A stretch of 64,000 bases of DNA from Candidatus Uhrbacteria bacterium (GTDB lineage Bacteria > Patescibacteriota > Patescibacteriia > UBA9934 > GWF2-40-263), in assembly GCA_023246355.1 (NCBI GenBank), contig JAHFIQ010000001.1, forward strand, positions 81,887-145,886, given 5' to 3'. The first letter of the stretch is position 1, and each line of letters starts with the position of its first letter. The position numbers and the translations under genes are program-made. The notes beneath the pieces were generated by a model. That model was not told the origin of the DNA and ran no database searches. It was given only the letters and a program-made list of their open reading frames with translations. Shown here piece by piece: positions 32,001 to 41,179 of the stretch.

Positions 32001-32797
32001 GGCTTATATTCATCCTTGGTGATGCCCATGAGCTCAAGCAATTTGGCTTCCCGCACCTTTCCATCAATGGCAATGTTGGTTCGAAGTGCTGCACTGATTT
32101 CGTTTTGACCTGGTTTCAAGGACTCGGCGAATTTGCTCAACACAGCTTCTTGAATAGCCTCTGGATCGGTCACGGTTTGATAGATGTTCGTAAAAAATGA
32201 CCCCCAGGCTTTTCCGACTTCCAAAATATCACATCGAGGCGCTGAAGGTTGATATTTTTGTTTGATCCCAATCGCCAGAGCAAGCTGAAGAATCCCGTCT
32301 GGGGAACAGAGATTGAATTTGTATCCAAGGTCTCCTGTAAGATCCGACATCGTTGCCACAGCCTCGCCCGCGGCCTCAAGTCCCAATTGACCAAAGGCTT
32401 CTGCCGGGGTCTTGTTGTAAAAAAGCGAACCCTCGCCAGGACCTCCTGAGGCAACGGCCACGGCCGCTTCATAAGCGAGACGATCAAGGACAAAACGAGA
32501 AAGATTCATGAGCGATTGGACAAGCGCCACACGAAAAGCCGGCGAGGCAATTTTTTTTCCGATGGTATCCAACACCTCGCCGATCGCATCCGGAGGACAG
32601 GTACTGGGAACAGCAGCTGTTTTTAAACAGACGGCTCGTGAACCCTTCACCACAACCTCGGCAGTTGTTTGGGCAGGGTTGTCTTGGGCTTGCACTCCGC
32701 GAGCCACAAAAATGCCCAAACTCACAAAACTAAACACAAACACCATTAAGAATCCTGCTGTGATCAATCGTTTTGTGTGATGGGATGCGTTGGTCAT
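23075..32797 (-). CDS. Giant (3,240 aa) Cys/Asp-rich secreted or surface protein
   Basis: Uninterrupted ORF, N-terminal signal/TM, many short Cys motifs, carbohydrate-binding-like segments (IQNPSFE...DAVQLELG; LDETFEDG). Confidence 0.85.
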   Translation of the reverse strand: MTNASHHTKRLITAGFLMVFVFSFVSLGIFVARGVQAQDNPAQTTAEVVVKGSRAVCLKTAAVPSTCPPDAIGEVLDTIGKKIASPAFRVALVQSLMNLSRFVLDRLAYEAAVAVASGGPGEGSLFYNKTPAEAFGQLGLEAAGEAVATMSDLTGDLGYKFNLCSPDGILQLALAIGIKQKYQPSAPRCDILEVGKAWGSFFTNIYQTVTDPEAIQEAVLSKFAESLKPGQNEISAALRTNIAIDGKVREAKLLELMGITKDEYKPVTDFITGDVKTPSATVTEDFHKKLSASDQEKVKVGDLVGAGDLIGGLALTTASTFTNTLLSTLFSRIYTGLFDVSLDIDPFDVEATAEGSKETAQARFASIFSSSPIATTQYNALGEFVVCVSGNVSNRGLNNCVMDTNFMAAVSRGSSGAVAALTVQEAIDEGLLNGDWPLISPEDTSANQDPYCYTYGYCYGNLVKLRKARVIPVGWELAALRNDSGSPATLQDIVDGFDDCTEDGTIGPANSSSGADEWCHLIDPNWVLKYPETQCRAIANGEIRIGAQTPGRASSCVDAPSCIGEDNDGNCSDGYGYCVREKNTWRFRGDECPEEYSTCLSFENTFTGDKAAYRVSSVDYSVCDSNNAGCRWYATQKHYEDAGTADDDSDDTYEFLPDGETYTTATHDSAWKYQLSTGDSEEPVSYSYTSDSGEIYSNTSYAYNDRIYFTNEAEECSEDDIGCTRLNEFNDDLVFNQIQNPSFESDEDEDDVPDNWTNGSAATSAQTMQEDDGPVSGSFSFSTDASILEQYVSLSPNNFYTLSFSARADNTAAAETYAYLYLYDEFGEAVSVAGTSYGGDCVQGTSSYVITADPTDSSQFTSGEWTQFDCTFTTPEDVAQGLLKFDSDEILLDAVQLELGEDVSNFTEDYNTSATEVYYQVAPDYLGCTGDADTDPSECDDYAQVCSAQEVGCNLYTPEDGDPDVPAIISELDECPEECVGYTTYKQEATDYDSEEFPLYFIADRATSCSSQYIGCDSYTNLDAVDAGGEGTENYSSLRFCLSEDIADSSDKFTTPATFFTWEGSDNEGYQLQTWYLLESNVVTSSGTFSGSGYVEDSPDLAPCTHVTMTSENDVSCNDSFAGNMSADVWDNADCDEHDDIFDNPDCREFFDTEGNIHYREYPDTISISNDCAPYRKDESTETDCEDSGGYWTDQGFCRYYVLADESTECPAEQSGCREYTGGTGRNATTILDETFEDGTYDDFVISETSSSTSSLSVSNESIATDGHSLYVSATGGLAGFETIQIYLDSATTTETYDEAGDAAGTSTTCTGNGGTIGDSGCDVENDVDADGSADEDCTIEDSEESCGALTSDLVGGKTFVVDFWAKGSGNMYVTFEEEGGSGDTHDLSNPSATISSASDLTPVELTGSWQLFSLGPLDTSDYADFDENAVLRFRVASAAEAYVDNISLKQVEEDITLIKDSWVVPSTCDATADGVESDQYYLGCEAYTDQNGVDADLYQFSDLCSEDVVGCEGFFDTGNSDSSYQQVYNARCMYSSDTDFSDEPETVGANTTCEIDGVEYCTITSGSSYCTFDADTVLEEPLPSEAVSSTVHYAVVFGPETVIVPTDAPVYLVADDTYECDEEAMGCEELGLPTFNQDQSEVDSFESVYYLNLPEDYDTLLCSDEELFCEEWDSTQDGNFYFKDPLDKTCEYQDSVTIGNQEYSGWFRSGTTEPCDWTDSDASGDFDPDEDDSYLINGNEFGVWANGDDDYDGWVAACEDAYDLCTEFVDVVDTAGGGGEDGESYYFTNDDLLSEDTLTDTQRCDGQVSQKFGCAVFNNTTDSELSYNAGASYVVSMHADVFFGEEQNSLQDPIDCELDEGGEFTVSSSDADALGLTSETVDLCARRCSYEVEDGDSIDTPSATEVSSTQVYERSCLVDDDCPVLTTNLGEDVTATCEDVSATYALDDDANEVIKVNRDRSCSAWLACESSKTSWNTTSSTYDTICDSINLCVEGTNQGDTSTCTQWDSSDPEILGAYQYSARDVNWFGEEWSGGTIPNQLPTDLYTQFNLEPTTVCMETTSTELTNDAGLPTYCNTYEDCGVSTTACTTNADCASYSGICSDSGYCYYSCANNSDTDYRLVYNAGPCDATESGDGNGGSCSIGMCEDSGSACASDDDCSGSEACVVGYCQASGTTNCVNSDCSCNPDNDNSSDGTNSDCTTNTTDIGLHTYFCDPVQFVCVDKFTSENDFVATEACDADTSCSAYAYGATCVPASTSTTGECFNNRCLSDIKDDNGDGYADTLAISGGEVTSGREMGCRGYPEIDSPYPTSVVDDWKTFRYSTADGTSPTDATFSASGSGGLPASWYSLPYAYVGGFQDSAVCGLDLYGEPVDCDCSYDKVEYGEGSGYRYYEAGTGADTFSQSGEVPDGICTGGPVPGLPCLDDDDCSIGTTQVGTCSALSGVSTMYGWEGYCIEKDTSIQTLGSSDTEDQACLSWLPVDQLAGSTDLYGKYTSAGYTPQETYYCADIEAAYSVWTSNILCAEEVDDYCDGGLYYDHEGTEAEQDDAETTWDVWLATANDPSSNSTNDDCISSVFCPEGYFAVMTGCGGQDNSTYHDLNGGASGQYCGASITTDDCPYFCVPKFSYKTATDAEGDDGDRCLSPGNYYTVDYSVNTSDVGDHWYPGLNVEVYVLAPWRFDNAFELYDDCAARGVLGDSLDEFTSPYDLLEDGIPTTEDPTTCYGNNLVSCGYYYSYADGITGVDSLAAWVFTRYPACSTLVQVSATEPNEDDYPFDSYNAAWTDRLWESSSAAFSIADPGGDDAHFGYTYDTLLSPYGVATDPEELAVEFTTDDNPDPWAHTPVMCSEGNDDYQIPPVETTTACDASASSFTSTAGEDARSFRDFSMTFDSVVPTSGYTTFTENDTIDDAISRLSQLFGRIYGMIQFEDGYEGVAAQEVPDGALTTGFNTGEQFGSWTPVAYEDLAADEPWLWDTRSVGDDDNEPEPPTVVSVGDCVGTECIEDTEGKFNIGEVDGGDLEGEGTYHANVSFFTYANSNQMPIRRIVIDWGDDFGGVQPTGLGAHWPTGSQSGSTAEDNFYQNHRGLNATSEQEICGSDPVEFGTSSTACSTSYINFAHDYICTDGDTALLTSRTCEYDDTDTTRLLNSPCLDSSGACVFQPRVSVTDNWGWCTGFCDAGADGTDNCFSGETEDGTSVRECNIESCPSEGDSSSCVDYGGAGTANPWINFDGTIAVTPD

Positions 32798-32803
32798 ACG
32801 CAA

Positions 32804-33499
32804 CTATTCCGAAGGAGTTTGTACAAGCGCATCGAGCTCGCCTAAGGCAGCAGCCTCTTCAAGCGCGCCGTTCAAATAATCTTGAAGGGTCTGGTCGTCG
32901 ATCGAATCGAGTTCTTCCTGGCTCATGCCAGCTTCCAAAAGCGCGGCACGAATTTGTTCGACCGTTGCGGACTTAAAAAAGGCTTCGACATCTTCAGGAG
33001 AATCAAACTGTACAGAACCGGCTTGAAGCAATTGATCTTCGCCAAGTCCTTGGATGAGACCTTCCACAGAGGCGCCGTTTTCTCCCACTTCCTCAGACCC
33101 TGTCACAAAAGAGCCGCAGTCTTTTCCCTCTGGACAATTTGGATTGTTTCCTGAAAAAACTTCTTGCTTGTCGTCATAGCCGTCTGAATCTGAGTCGCTT
33201 ACGTAGGGTGAGGTCTTGTACACATACAACTCGTCGTAATCGACCAAGCCGTCGCTGTCCGTATCTTTTGTTTTGGATTCTTCCAGAGCCTGTGCCTCGC
33301 GCTGTTCTGAGGTGAGATAGGGTTGGCCTGTTGCCAATGCCGCGATCTGTTCTTGGATCGGACGAGCAAGATTGGCGCCAAAAGATTTAAACCCAAAAAA
33401 GAAACCGCCAAAACCTAAAAACATTAAAAGCACGAACGCGAATTTCTGCTCCGCGCTCAAGGCTCGAGGTGGCCTTGTTCCTAATCGTCGTGTGGCCAT
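32804..33499 (-). CDS. Membrane-anchored protein with thrombospondin type-3-like Ca-binding repeats
   Basis: TM helix, then DTDSDGLVDYDE..TSPYVSDSDSDGYDDKQE..NPNCP. Confidence 0.8.
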   Translation of the reverse strand: MATRRLGTRPPRALSAEQKFAFVLLMFLGFGGFFFGFKSFGANLARPIQEQIAALATGQPYLTSEQREAQALEESKTKDTDSDGLVDYDELYVYKTSPYVSDSDSDGYDDKQEVFSGNNPNCPEGKDCGSFVTGSEEVGENGASVEGLIQGLGEDQLLQAGSVQFDSPEDVEAFFKSATVEQIRAALLEAGMSQEELDSIDDQTLQDYLNGALEEAAALGELDALVQTPSE

Positions 33500-33503
33500 A
33501 ATC

Positions 33504-33632
33504 GAGACCTCAGCAAAAGTCGCGATCTTGCAACTTACGGGGCCCCGCCACCACCTCAACGTAGGATTTACCTACGTCTCGGCGGCTGGCTTCCCCGTGC
33601 GTTGCAATCTCATCGACTTTTTCAGAGGTCTC
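33504..33632. repeat. Hairpin family A copy 3 (reverse orientation)
   Basis: gagacctc...gaggtctc termini; same invariant internal motifs. Confidence 0.92.
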
Positions 33633-33664
33633 TAGTAGAGAGATTATAACAAAACACCCAGGGT

Positions 33665-34492
33665 TTACCTAGGCGTTTTATCTTCCACAGGAGCCAAGAT
33701 GTGGGTAAGTGTCCTCCAGTTTTCTACCGTGAGGGATTCGGCGCGAATTTTGGGATCTAATTTCAGTGACTCAAGCGCGACTTTGACCTGTAGCGATGAC
33801 AAATGCAGATGCGCTGAGAGATTATGATGGAGCTGCTTGCGGCGTGAGGAAAAGCCGGCTTTGGCGATGGAGATGATTGATTCAAGAGGTGGTGAGGTGG
33901 AAAAGGTAGATGAGGTGGATGAGGTAGAACATGAAAGGTCGAGACGAACAATTGCGGAATCAATCTTTGGAATAGGCCGAAACGCGCCAGCAGGAACATT
34001 CGCGATTTTTTCACAGTGAGCGTAGAGCTGGCAGACAACGGAGAGCAGACTCATGTGTGGTGGCAGTGCCGTGATTCTGTCGGCTACTTCTTTCTGAACC
34101 ATCAGAACCATGCGGGATGGTTTTGGATCGGTTGTCAGGAATTTTTTCAAGAGATCAGAAGTGATGTTGTAGGGAATATTTGCAATGAGTTTGTAGCCGC
34201 AGGCTTCAGCCTGTGTTCCGTGAAGTGAAAAAGACAAAGCATCACCGTGGATCAGAGTAATCTTGGTGCCAAAACGGTCGTGTAAAGCATCAACGAGATC
34301 TTGATCAGCCTCGATCGCCGTCACTCTGGCACCTGCATCGACCAGTGCTTGAGTCAGAACCCCCGTTCCTGGACCAATCTCAAGCACGTGCTCGCCAGGG
34401 TGAATCTCAGCGGCCACGATTATTTTGGCAACGACTGTCTCATCCACCAGCCAATTTTGCCCAAAAGATTTTTTCGCACGCGGCAATCTCAT
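33665..34492 (-). CDS. rsmA: 16S rRNA dimethyladenosine transferase RsmA/KsgA
   Basis: KKSFGQNWL, EIGPGTG, ANIPYNIT, QKEVADR; contains an STSSTSSTFSTS insert. Confidence 0.96.
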   Translation of the reverse strand: MRLPRAKKSFGQNWLVDETVVAKIIVAAEIHPGEHVLEIGPGTGVLTQALVDAGARVTAIEADQDLVDALHDRFGTKITLIHGDALSFSLHGTQAEACGYKLIANIPYNITSDLLKKFLTTDPKPSRMVLMVQKEVADRITALPPHMSLLSVVCQLYAHCEKIANVPAGAFRPIPKIDSAIVRLDLSCSTSSTSSTFSTSPPLESIISIAKAGFSSRRKQLHHNLSAHLHLSSLQVKVALESLKLDPKIRAESLTVENWRTLTHILAPVEDKTPR

Positions 34493-35088
34493 AGTTCGAT
34501 CACCCCTTGTCTCAAAATTTCTGGATACCCATAATCGTCCACACTCACGATCGTTGATGGAAGACCAGGCGTGAGCTCTCCCCCATCGAGATAGACATCA
34601 GGGCGTACGTCCTGATGCTGAAACTGATCCTGAACCTCCTTCAGGGAATAGCATGGCTTCTCGCCACTTCGATTCGCAGAGGTGGACACAATGGGCGCAC
34701 CGAGTCCATGTGAAAGAGCGGTCGCAACCGGATGAGACGAAACACGAATGGCAATCTCGCCATGTTTCATGACTCCAGGAGCTAGGGCATCCCCAACAAC
34801 AGGAAGAACAAGGGTCAAGGGGCCTGGCCAATGCTCATCTGCAAAACGGACAAGCCCGCTGGGAATCCCCGCGACTCTCTCAATCATGCCACGATCTGCC
34901 GCAATGAGCGGCAATGATTTGTCTCCCTGGCGACCCTTGATCTGAAACACACGCTCGACGGCTTCTGTGTTTCTCGCGTCTGCCGCAAGTCCATAGGCTG
35001 TCTCGGTTGGGAACACAACAACGCCGCCGCGTTTCAGAACCGCGACGGCCTCCTGTATCTGTTCTTCTGTTAGAGCTTTGAAAACCAT
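34489..35088 (-). CDS. tsaC: L-threonylcarbamoyladenylate synthase (Sua5/YrdC)
   Basis: FPTETAYGL, KGR, WPGPLT, STSANRSG. Confidence 0.94.
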   Translation of the reverse strand: MVFKALTEEQIQEAVAVLKRGGVVVFPTETAYGLAADARNTEAVERVFQIKGRQGDKSLPLIAADRGMIERVAGIPSGLVRFADEHWPGPLTLVLPVVGDALAPGVMKHGEIAIRVSSHPVATALSHGLGAPIVSTSANRSGEKPCYSLKEVQDQFQHQDVRPDVYLDGGELTPGLPSTIVSVDDYGYPEILRQGVIEL

Positions 35089-36002
35089 GTGACTGTTTTT
35101 TTGAGACCCTCATCGAGTTTTACCTTCGGCATCCATCCAAGTTCACGTCGGGCTTTTCTGGCATCGAGCGCGGAGCGCATCACCTCCCCTTTGCAAGCTG
35201 GGCCATGGACCTCTTTTTGCTTTGAACCTGTGAGCTTGTTGATGGCACGAAAGAGGGTGTTTACGTCGGTCTGAATGCCAGACCCAATATTAAACGTCCC
35301 TGTGACTGGCTTTTCCATGGCCAGCATATGTGCCTGAACAATGTCGGAAACGTAGACGTAATCTCGCGTCTGCTTTCCGTTTCCATTGATCACGGCTTTT
35401 TCTTTCTTGATCAGCTGGCGCGCAAACACAGAAATCACTCCTGCATAGCCTCCTCGCAGCGCTTGGCGTGGACCATAGGCGTTGGCCAGACGCAGCACCA
35501 CCGTCTTCATTCCATGAATGCGATGCTCAAAACTTAAGTACATCTCAGCAGAACGTTTGGCGATCGCGTAGGGCGACAGTGGATCATCGAGTGTTTTCTC
35601 TGAATACGGAGGTCGCAGCGTGTCGGGATACATGGCGCCACCACTGGATGTAAAAATAAACTTCTTGACTCCGGCCTTCGCAGAAGCATGGGCGATATTC
35701 AGTGTTCCCATGATGTTGACGCGCGCATCGCTTGGTGGATCTTCTACAGAACAGCGCACATCAATTTGCGCTGCCAGATGAAACACCACGTCTGGTTTGA
35801 GCTTTGCCACAAGTTGTGCCGCCGCCGGATCCACCACGGACAATTTGTGAAAGGCCACGTTTGGGTTCAAATTTTTGCGCGAGCCAGTGGAGAGATCGTC
35901 AATGACGTGCACTTTAATATGACGACGAACAAGCGCATCGACGATATGCGAGCCGATGAATCCCGCGCCTCCTGTGACCAAGGCTGTTTTATATTTAGGC
36001 AT
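35070..36002 (-). CDS. NAD-dependent epimerase/dehydratase (UDP-glucose 4-epimerase-like)
   Basis: VTGGAGFIGSH, HLAAQ, SPYAIAK, NAYGPRQ, TRDYVYV. Confidence 0.92.
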   Translation of the reverse strand: MPKYKTALVTGGAGFIGSHIVDALVRRHIKVHVIDDLSTGSRKNLNPNVAFHKLSVVDPAAAQLVAKLKPDVVFHLAAQIDVRCSVEDPPSDARVNIMGTLNIAHASAKAGVKKFIFTSSGGAMYPDTLRPPYSEKTLDDPLSPYAIAKRSAEMYLSFEHRIHGMKTVVLRLANAYGPRQALRGGYAGVISVFARQLIKKEKAVINGNGKQTRDYVYVSDIVQAHMLAMEKPVTGTFNIGSGIQTDVNTLFRAINKLTGSKQKEVHGPACKGEVMRSALDARKARRELGWMPKVKLDEGLKKTVTWFSKL

Positions 36003-36069
36003 AGAATGAAGTAGCAAGTATCTAGTAGCAAGAAGCAAGTATGGGATCCACGAATTTACTTGCTACATG

Positions 36070-37165
36070 CTACTTGCTACTGAGTAAATTCCGCAAATAC
36101 GCTTCCATAAATGGCTCAAGATCCCCATCGAGCACAGCCTCAGCGTCTGAGGTCTCCTGCTCTGTTCGATGATCTTTTACCATTTTATACGGATGCAGCA
36201 CATAGGAACGAATCTGGTTTCCCCATTCAGCCGATTGATAATCGCCTCGCAACTCCCCTTTTTTCTTTTCTTGCGCTTTCAAATTCAACTGATGCAACTT
36301 GGACTTCAAAATCTTCATGGCTGTTTCTTTGTTCTGTACCTGAGAGCGTTCATTCTGGCAGGACACGACGGTATTGGTTGGAATATGAACGATGCGCACA
36401 GCCGAGTACGTCGTGTTCACACTTTGCCCACCCTTGCCGCCGCTCATGAACGTATCAATGCGCAAATCCTTTGGATCGATTTCCATTTCCACGACCTCAT
36501 CAAGCTCTGGGATCACTTCGACGAGTGCAAACGTTGTATGTCGCATCTTCTCCGCATCAAAGGGTGAAATGCGCACCAGCCGATGCACGCCTGCCTCGCT
36601 TTTCAAATACCCATACGCCCATCGTCCGTTGACTCGCAGGGTGATGCTTTTGAGTCCCACATCCTCACCTCGAGACTCAGACAGCACGGTCACTTCCCAT
36701 TTTCTCGCCTCAGCAAATCGCATGTACATTCGCGTAAGCATCGCGGTCCAGTCTTGAGCTTCCGTGCCACCGGAACCTGCATGAATCGCGACAATGGCTG
36801 GATCCTTGTCATAGTCTCCAGAAAACAACGTGGCAAACTCGAGCTTGGTGAATTGCCCTTCAAGATCGGCAAGTTTGTTTGTGATGTCATCTTGCAAACT
36901 TTGATCATCACCCGAAAGCTCCACAAGATCTTTGAGCTCAGTCACATTTGATCGCAAACTCTCCCAGGTTGAAAGCTCTTCTCGCAAATCAGATGCTTCT
37001 TGACTTACACGCCTGGCTTTCTGCGCATCCTGCCAAAAATCGGCTCCAGACATTTCTGTCTCTAGACGTTTGATCTGCGCGGCAACGGCATCCAAGTCAA
37101 AGTAACCTCCAGGTGCTCTGCAGTCTCTCCTGGAGGATTTGAATTTTTTTGAGGAGGTCTTTCAT
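36070..37165 (-). CDS. prfB: Peptide chain release factor 2 with programmed +1 frameshift
   Basis: ORF0 MKDLLKKIQILQERLQSTWRLL-stop; GGAGG-TTA-CTT-TGA-C site; +1 frame carries SPF and GGQ. Confidence 0.96.
37096..37110 (-). promoter_or_regulatory. RF2 frameshift cassette (internal SD + CTT TGA C)
   Basis: Minus strand reads ggaggttactttgac. Confidence 0.93.
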
Positions 37166-37222
37166 ACACGAGCGTTCAGTGACAACGTGTCGAGAAGCAA
37201 CACGTTGTCACTAAATACGTTA

Positions 37223-37350
37223 GAGGCCTCTGCAAAACTCGATGAGATTGCGATGCGCGGGGAAGCCAGCCTCCGAGACGTAGTGAAAACTACGTTGAGG
37301 AGGTGGCGGGGCCCCGCAAGTCGCAAGATCGCGAGTTTTGCAGAGGTCCC
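37223..37350. repeat. Hairpin family A copy 4
   Basis: cctctgcaaaactcg/cgagttttgcagagg; invariant motifs. Confidence 0.92.
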
Positions 37351-37351
37351 G

Positions 37352-37687
37352 TTACAATTTTATCTGTTTAGCAAACACTCCCAGCACCGGCATGTTCCAC
37401 AGACGCCCTTGCAGGGCGTTGATCATCCCCAAGATCATGAGGATGATGAGCACAATAGAACCAAGCATCCAGACAATCTGTCCGAGCACGGGAATGACAT
37501 TGCCCACCCACAGGATGATCCAGGCAACGAGCAGCACGAGTCCTTGCTTGCCATGATGCTGGGCAAACGCAGAGTCTTTTTTTAGAAGCAATGGAACCAA
37601 ACACAGGATTCCCAGGTACCCGATCGCGGCAAGGAAACGATCGTCTGGGAGATGGACCTGTGGAGGAACGTGATCTCGTTGAGTCAT
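37352..37687 (-). CDS. DUF4870-like small membrane protein
   Basis: AAIGYLGILCLVPLL..FAQHHGKQG..G..WNMPVLG. Confidence 0.8.
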   Translation of the reverse strand: MTQRDHVPPQVHLPDDRFLAAIGYLGILCLVPLLLKKDSAFAQHHGKQGLVLLVAWIILWVGNVIPVLGQIVWMLGSIVLIILMILGMINALQGRLWNMPVLGVFAKQIKL

Positions 37688-37711
37688 ACTCACATGATGA
37701 TAACAGAAAAT

Positions 37712-37739
37712 GAAAGACGAGGGCAGACCCTCGTCTTTC
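37712..37739 (-). terminator. Probable groEL terminator
   Basis: gaaagacgaggg-caga-ccctcgtctttc. Confidence 0.65.
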
Positions 37740-37743
37740 TGTA

Positions 37744-37838
37744 ACAAACCTTGAGTGGCACGGCGTCTGACCTTGATCGGCAGCGCAGCGTAAGCGAGCA
37801 CCGGCAAGGTCTGCGCCGTGACGAGGCTCAAGGTTTGT
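37744..37838. repeat. Hairpin family B copy 2
   Basis: Outer stem acaaaccttgag/ctcaaggtttgt; core shared with 10300-10392. Confidence 0.85.
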
Positions 37839-37841
37839 GAA

Positions 37842-39506
<1,665 letters not shown>

Positions 39507-39797
39507 CTACTCAACAATAGCCATCACGTCCTCGATGCGGATGACAAGATATTCAACGCCATCGATCTTCACCTCATCTGGCGCATATTTTTTAAACAGG
39601 ACAACTTGGCCAACCGCGACTTCCATGTTGACGCGCTTCCCTCCATCCAGTTCGCGTCCTGGGCCAACCGCGATCACCTCGCCTCGCTCCGCGCGTTCTT
39701 TTTGAGCCGTGTCAGGGATGATGATTCCGGCTTTTGATGTTTCCTCCTTTGGGGCGGCTTTCACAATGATGTGATCGCCAACGGGTGTGAGCTTCAT
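39507..39797 (-). CDS. groS: Co-chaperonin GroES
   Basis: GIIIPDTA..GEVIAVGPG. Confidence 0.98.
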   Translation of the reverse strand: MKLTPVGDHIIVKAAPKEETSKAGIIIPDTAQKERAERGEVIAVGPGRELDGGKRVNMEVAVGQVVLFKKYAPDEVKIDGVEYLVIRIEDVMAIVE

Positions 39798-39854
39798 AGA
39801 AAAAGGGATTAGGGGGTAGGTATTAGGTAGTAGAGGAAGGGCAAAAAAATTACG

Positions 39855-39881
39855 CTAGCAGTCTTCATCAAAGAGTGCTAA
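39855..39881 (-). promoter_or_regulatory. CIRCE operator (HrcA binding site)
   Basis: TTAGCACTC-N9-GACTGCTAG upstream of groES; 2 mismatches to the consensus. Confidence 0.88.
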
Positions 39882-39913
39882 CGGTGGCATTTTTGCTCAG
39901 ACGACCAAGCCTG

Positions 39914-41179
39914 TCAAGGGGTTTTGGAAAAACGAACCAGGATCCCCAGTACAAAGGCACTTAAAGCCAAACCAGGCCACAGGGACCAAAGATAGTGATC
40001 GAAAAGAGCGATCGTAGTCAGGCTCACCCCAAGCGCCACAGCAAACAACCCATTTGGATTTTTGATGGCCATGAGACTTCGACCAATGCGACCTATCCAG
40101 AAAACAAACAGCACAAACCCAACCACACCAAGCTCTGCCAAGATGAGCAAGAAGACATTATGAATCGGCTGATAGACCCAAACCGGTTGTCCAGGATCCT
40201 GATCGGCAAGCGTGAATGTGTAGGCATTTGGGCCGACGCCAAAAATCGGCGAAGAAAAAAACACCTCATCAAACATCTGATACTGCGACGCACGTTCTTC
40301 AATCGATATCGCTTCTAGACGGAGGGTGGGGTTGAAACGCGAAAAGACTTCCTGACGAAAAACAAAGATTGTCAGCAGCACAGACACGATCCCAACACTG
40401 AGAACCGTAATCAGATGATGTGCAAGGTTCTTTTTTTGTTTGAGCATGAGCGCCATCGACACCACAACTCCGATCAAGAGCCCCAGCCACGCTGATCGTG
40501 AGAAGGTGATGACGAGTGCTGATCCAAGCACGGCAGCAAGCATTGACAGAACCACCACATCGCGTTGGCTTTTCATGCTTTTGGCAAGCCAACCGAGAAT
40601 CACCACCCCGATCGCCAGATACCCCCCGAAAACATTTGGGTGTGGAAATGTTCCATAGGCTCGCAGGGTTCTTCCGCTGACTGTCTCGACCACGGCTGTG
40701 CCTAACGTCTGTGCGTCTTTCGCACTCATCCCAAGCAGTGTTGAATCAGGTGTGGCTCCTGTGAGCGTTTGAAACCAACCGACGGTCACAGGGACGAGCA
40801 GTCCGAATAAAAATGCAATGAGAACAGGTTTGAGTTTCGTTCGTTCATCTGTAAGCAGAAAAAAAAGCATGGCAGCTGAGACAACATGAATGAGGTGAAA
40901 CCAGCCAACGGAACTGAACGCACTGAGGGAAAGAGAGAAGAAGGCGCTCGCTAAAAAAAGATACAGGGCTTTGTCCATCTGACGCACATCTCTGTCGTTT
41001 GGTCTGTGCATGCGAAGCAGAAAGACAAACAGAAGCATCACCTCCACCACATAGATCCCAAGCACCGCATAGGGCGATGGCTCACCTGAAACCATCCCCT
41101 GACTCAGCAGGACTTCCGTCTGCCAAGGCAAGAGAAACACGGCAAGGAAAAAAAGTCTGTTGGAAAATTTTTCTAGCAT
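39914..41179 (-). CDS. O-antigen ligase family protein
   Basis: RAYGTFPHPN, TFSRSAW, GVG, HNVFLLILAELG. Confidence 0.9.
   Translation of the reverse strand: MLEKFSNRLFFLAVFLLPWQTEVLLSQGMVSGEPSPYAVLGIYVVEVMLLFVFLLRMHRPNDRDVRQMDKALYLFLASAFFSLSLSAFSSVGWFHLIHVVSAAMLFFLLTDERTKLKPVLIAFLFGLLVPVTVGWFQTLTGATPDSTLLGMSAKDAQTLGTAVVETVSGRTLRAYGTFPHPNVFGGYLAIGVVILGWLAKSMKSQRDVVVLSMLAAVLGSALVITFSRSAWLGLLIGVVVSMALMLKQKKNLAHHLITVLSVGIVSVLLTIFVFRQEVFSRFNPTLRLEAISIEERASQYQMFDEVFFSSPIFGVGPNAYTFTLADQDPGQPVWVYQPIHNVFLLILAELGVVGFVLFVFWIGRIGRSLMAIKNPNGLFAVALGVSLTTIALFDHYLWSLWPGLALSAFVLGILVRFSKTP

Noticed and set aside
33500-33559. N-terminal extension MRWWRGP... also seen in ORFs 45242-45481 and 37139-37585
   Set aside because: These are translations of the family-A repeat, not a protein family.
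37096-37110. prfB frameshift as a novelty or pseudogene
   Set aside because: It is the canonical RF2 autoregulatory +1 frameshift.
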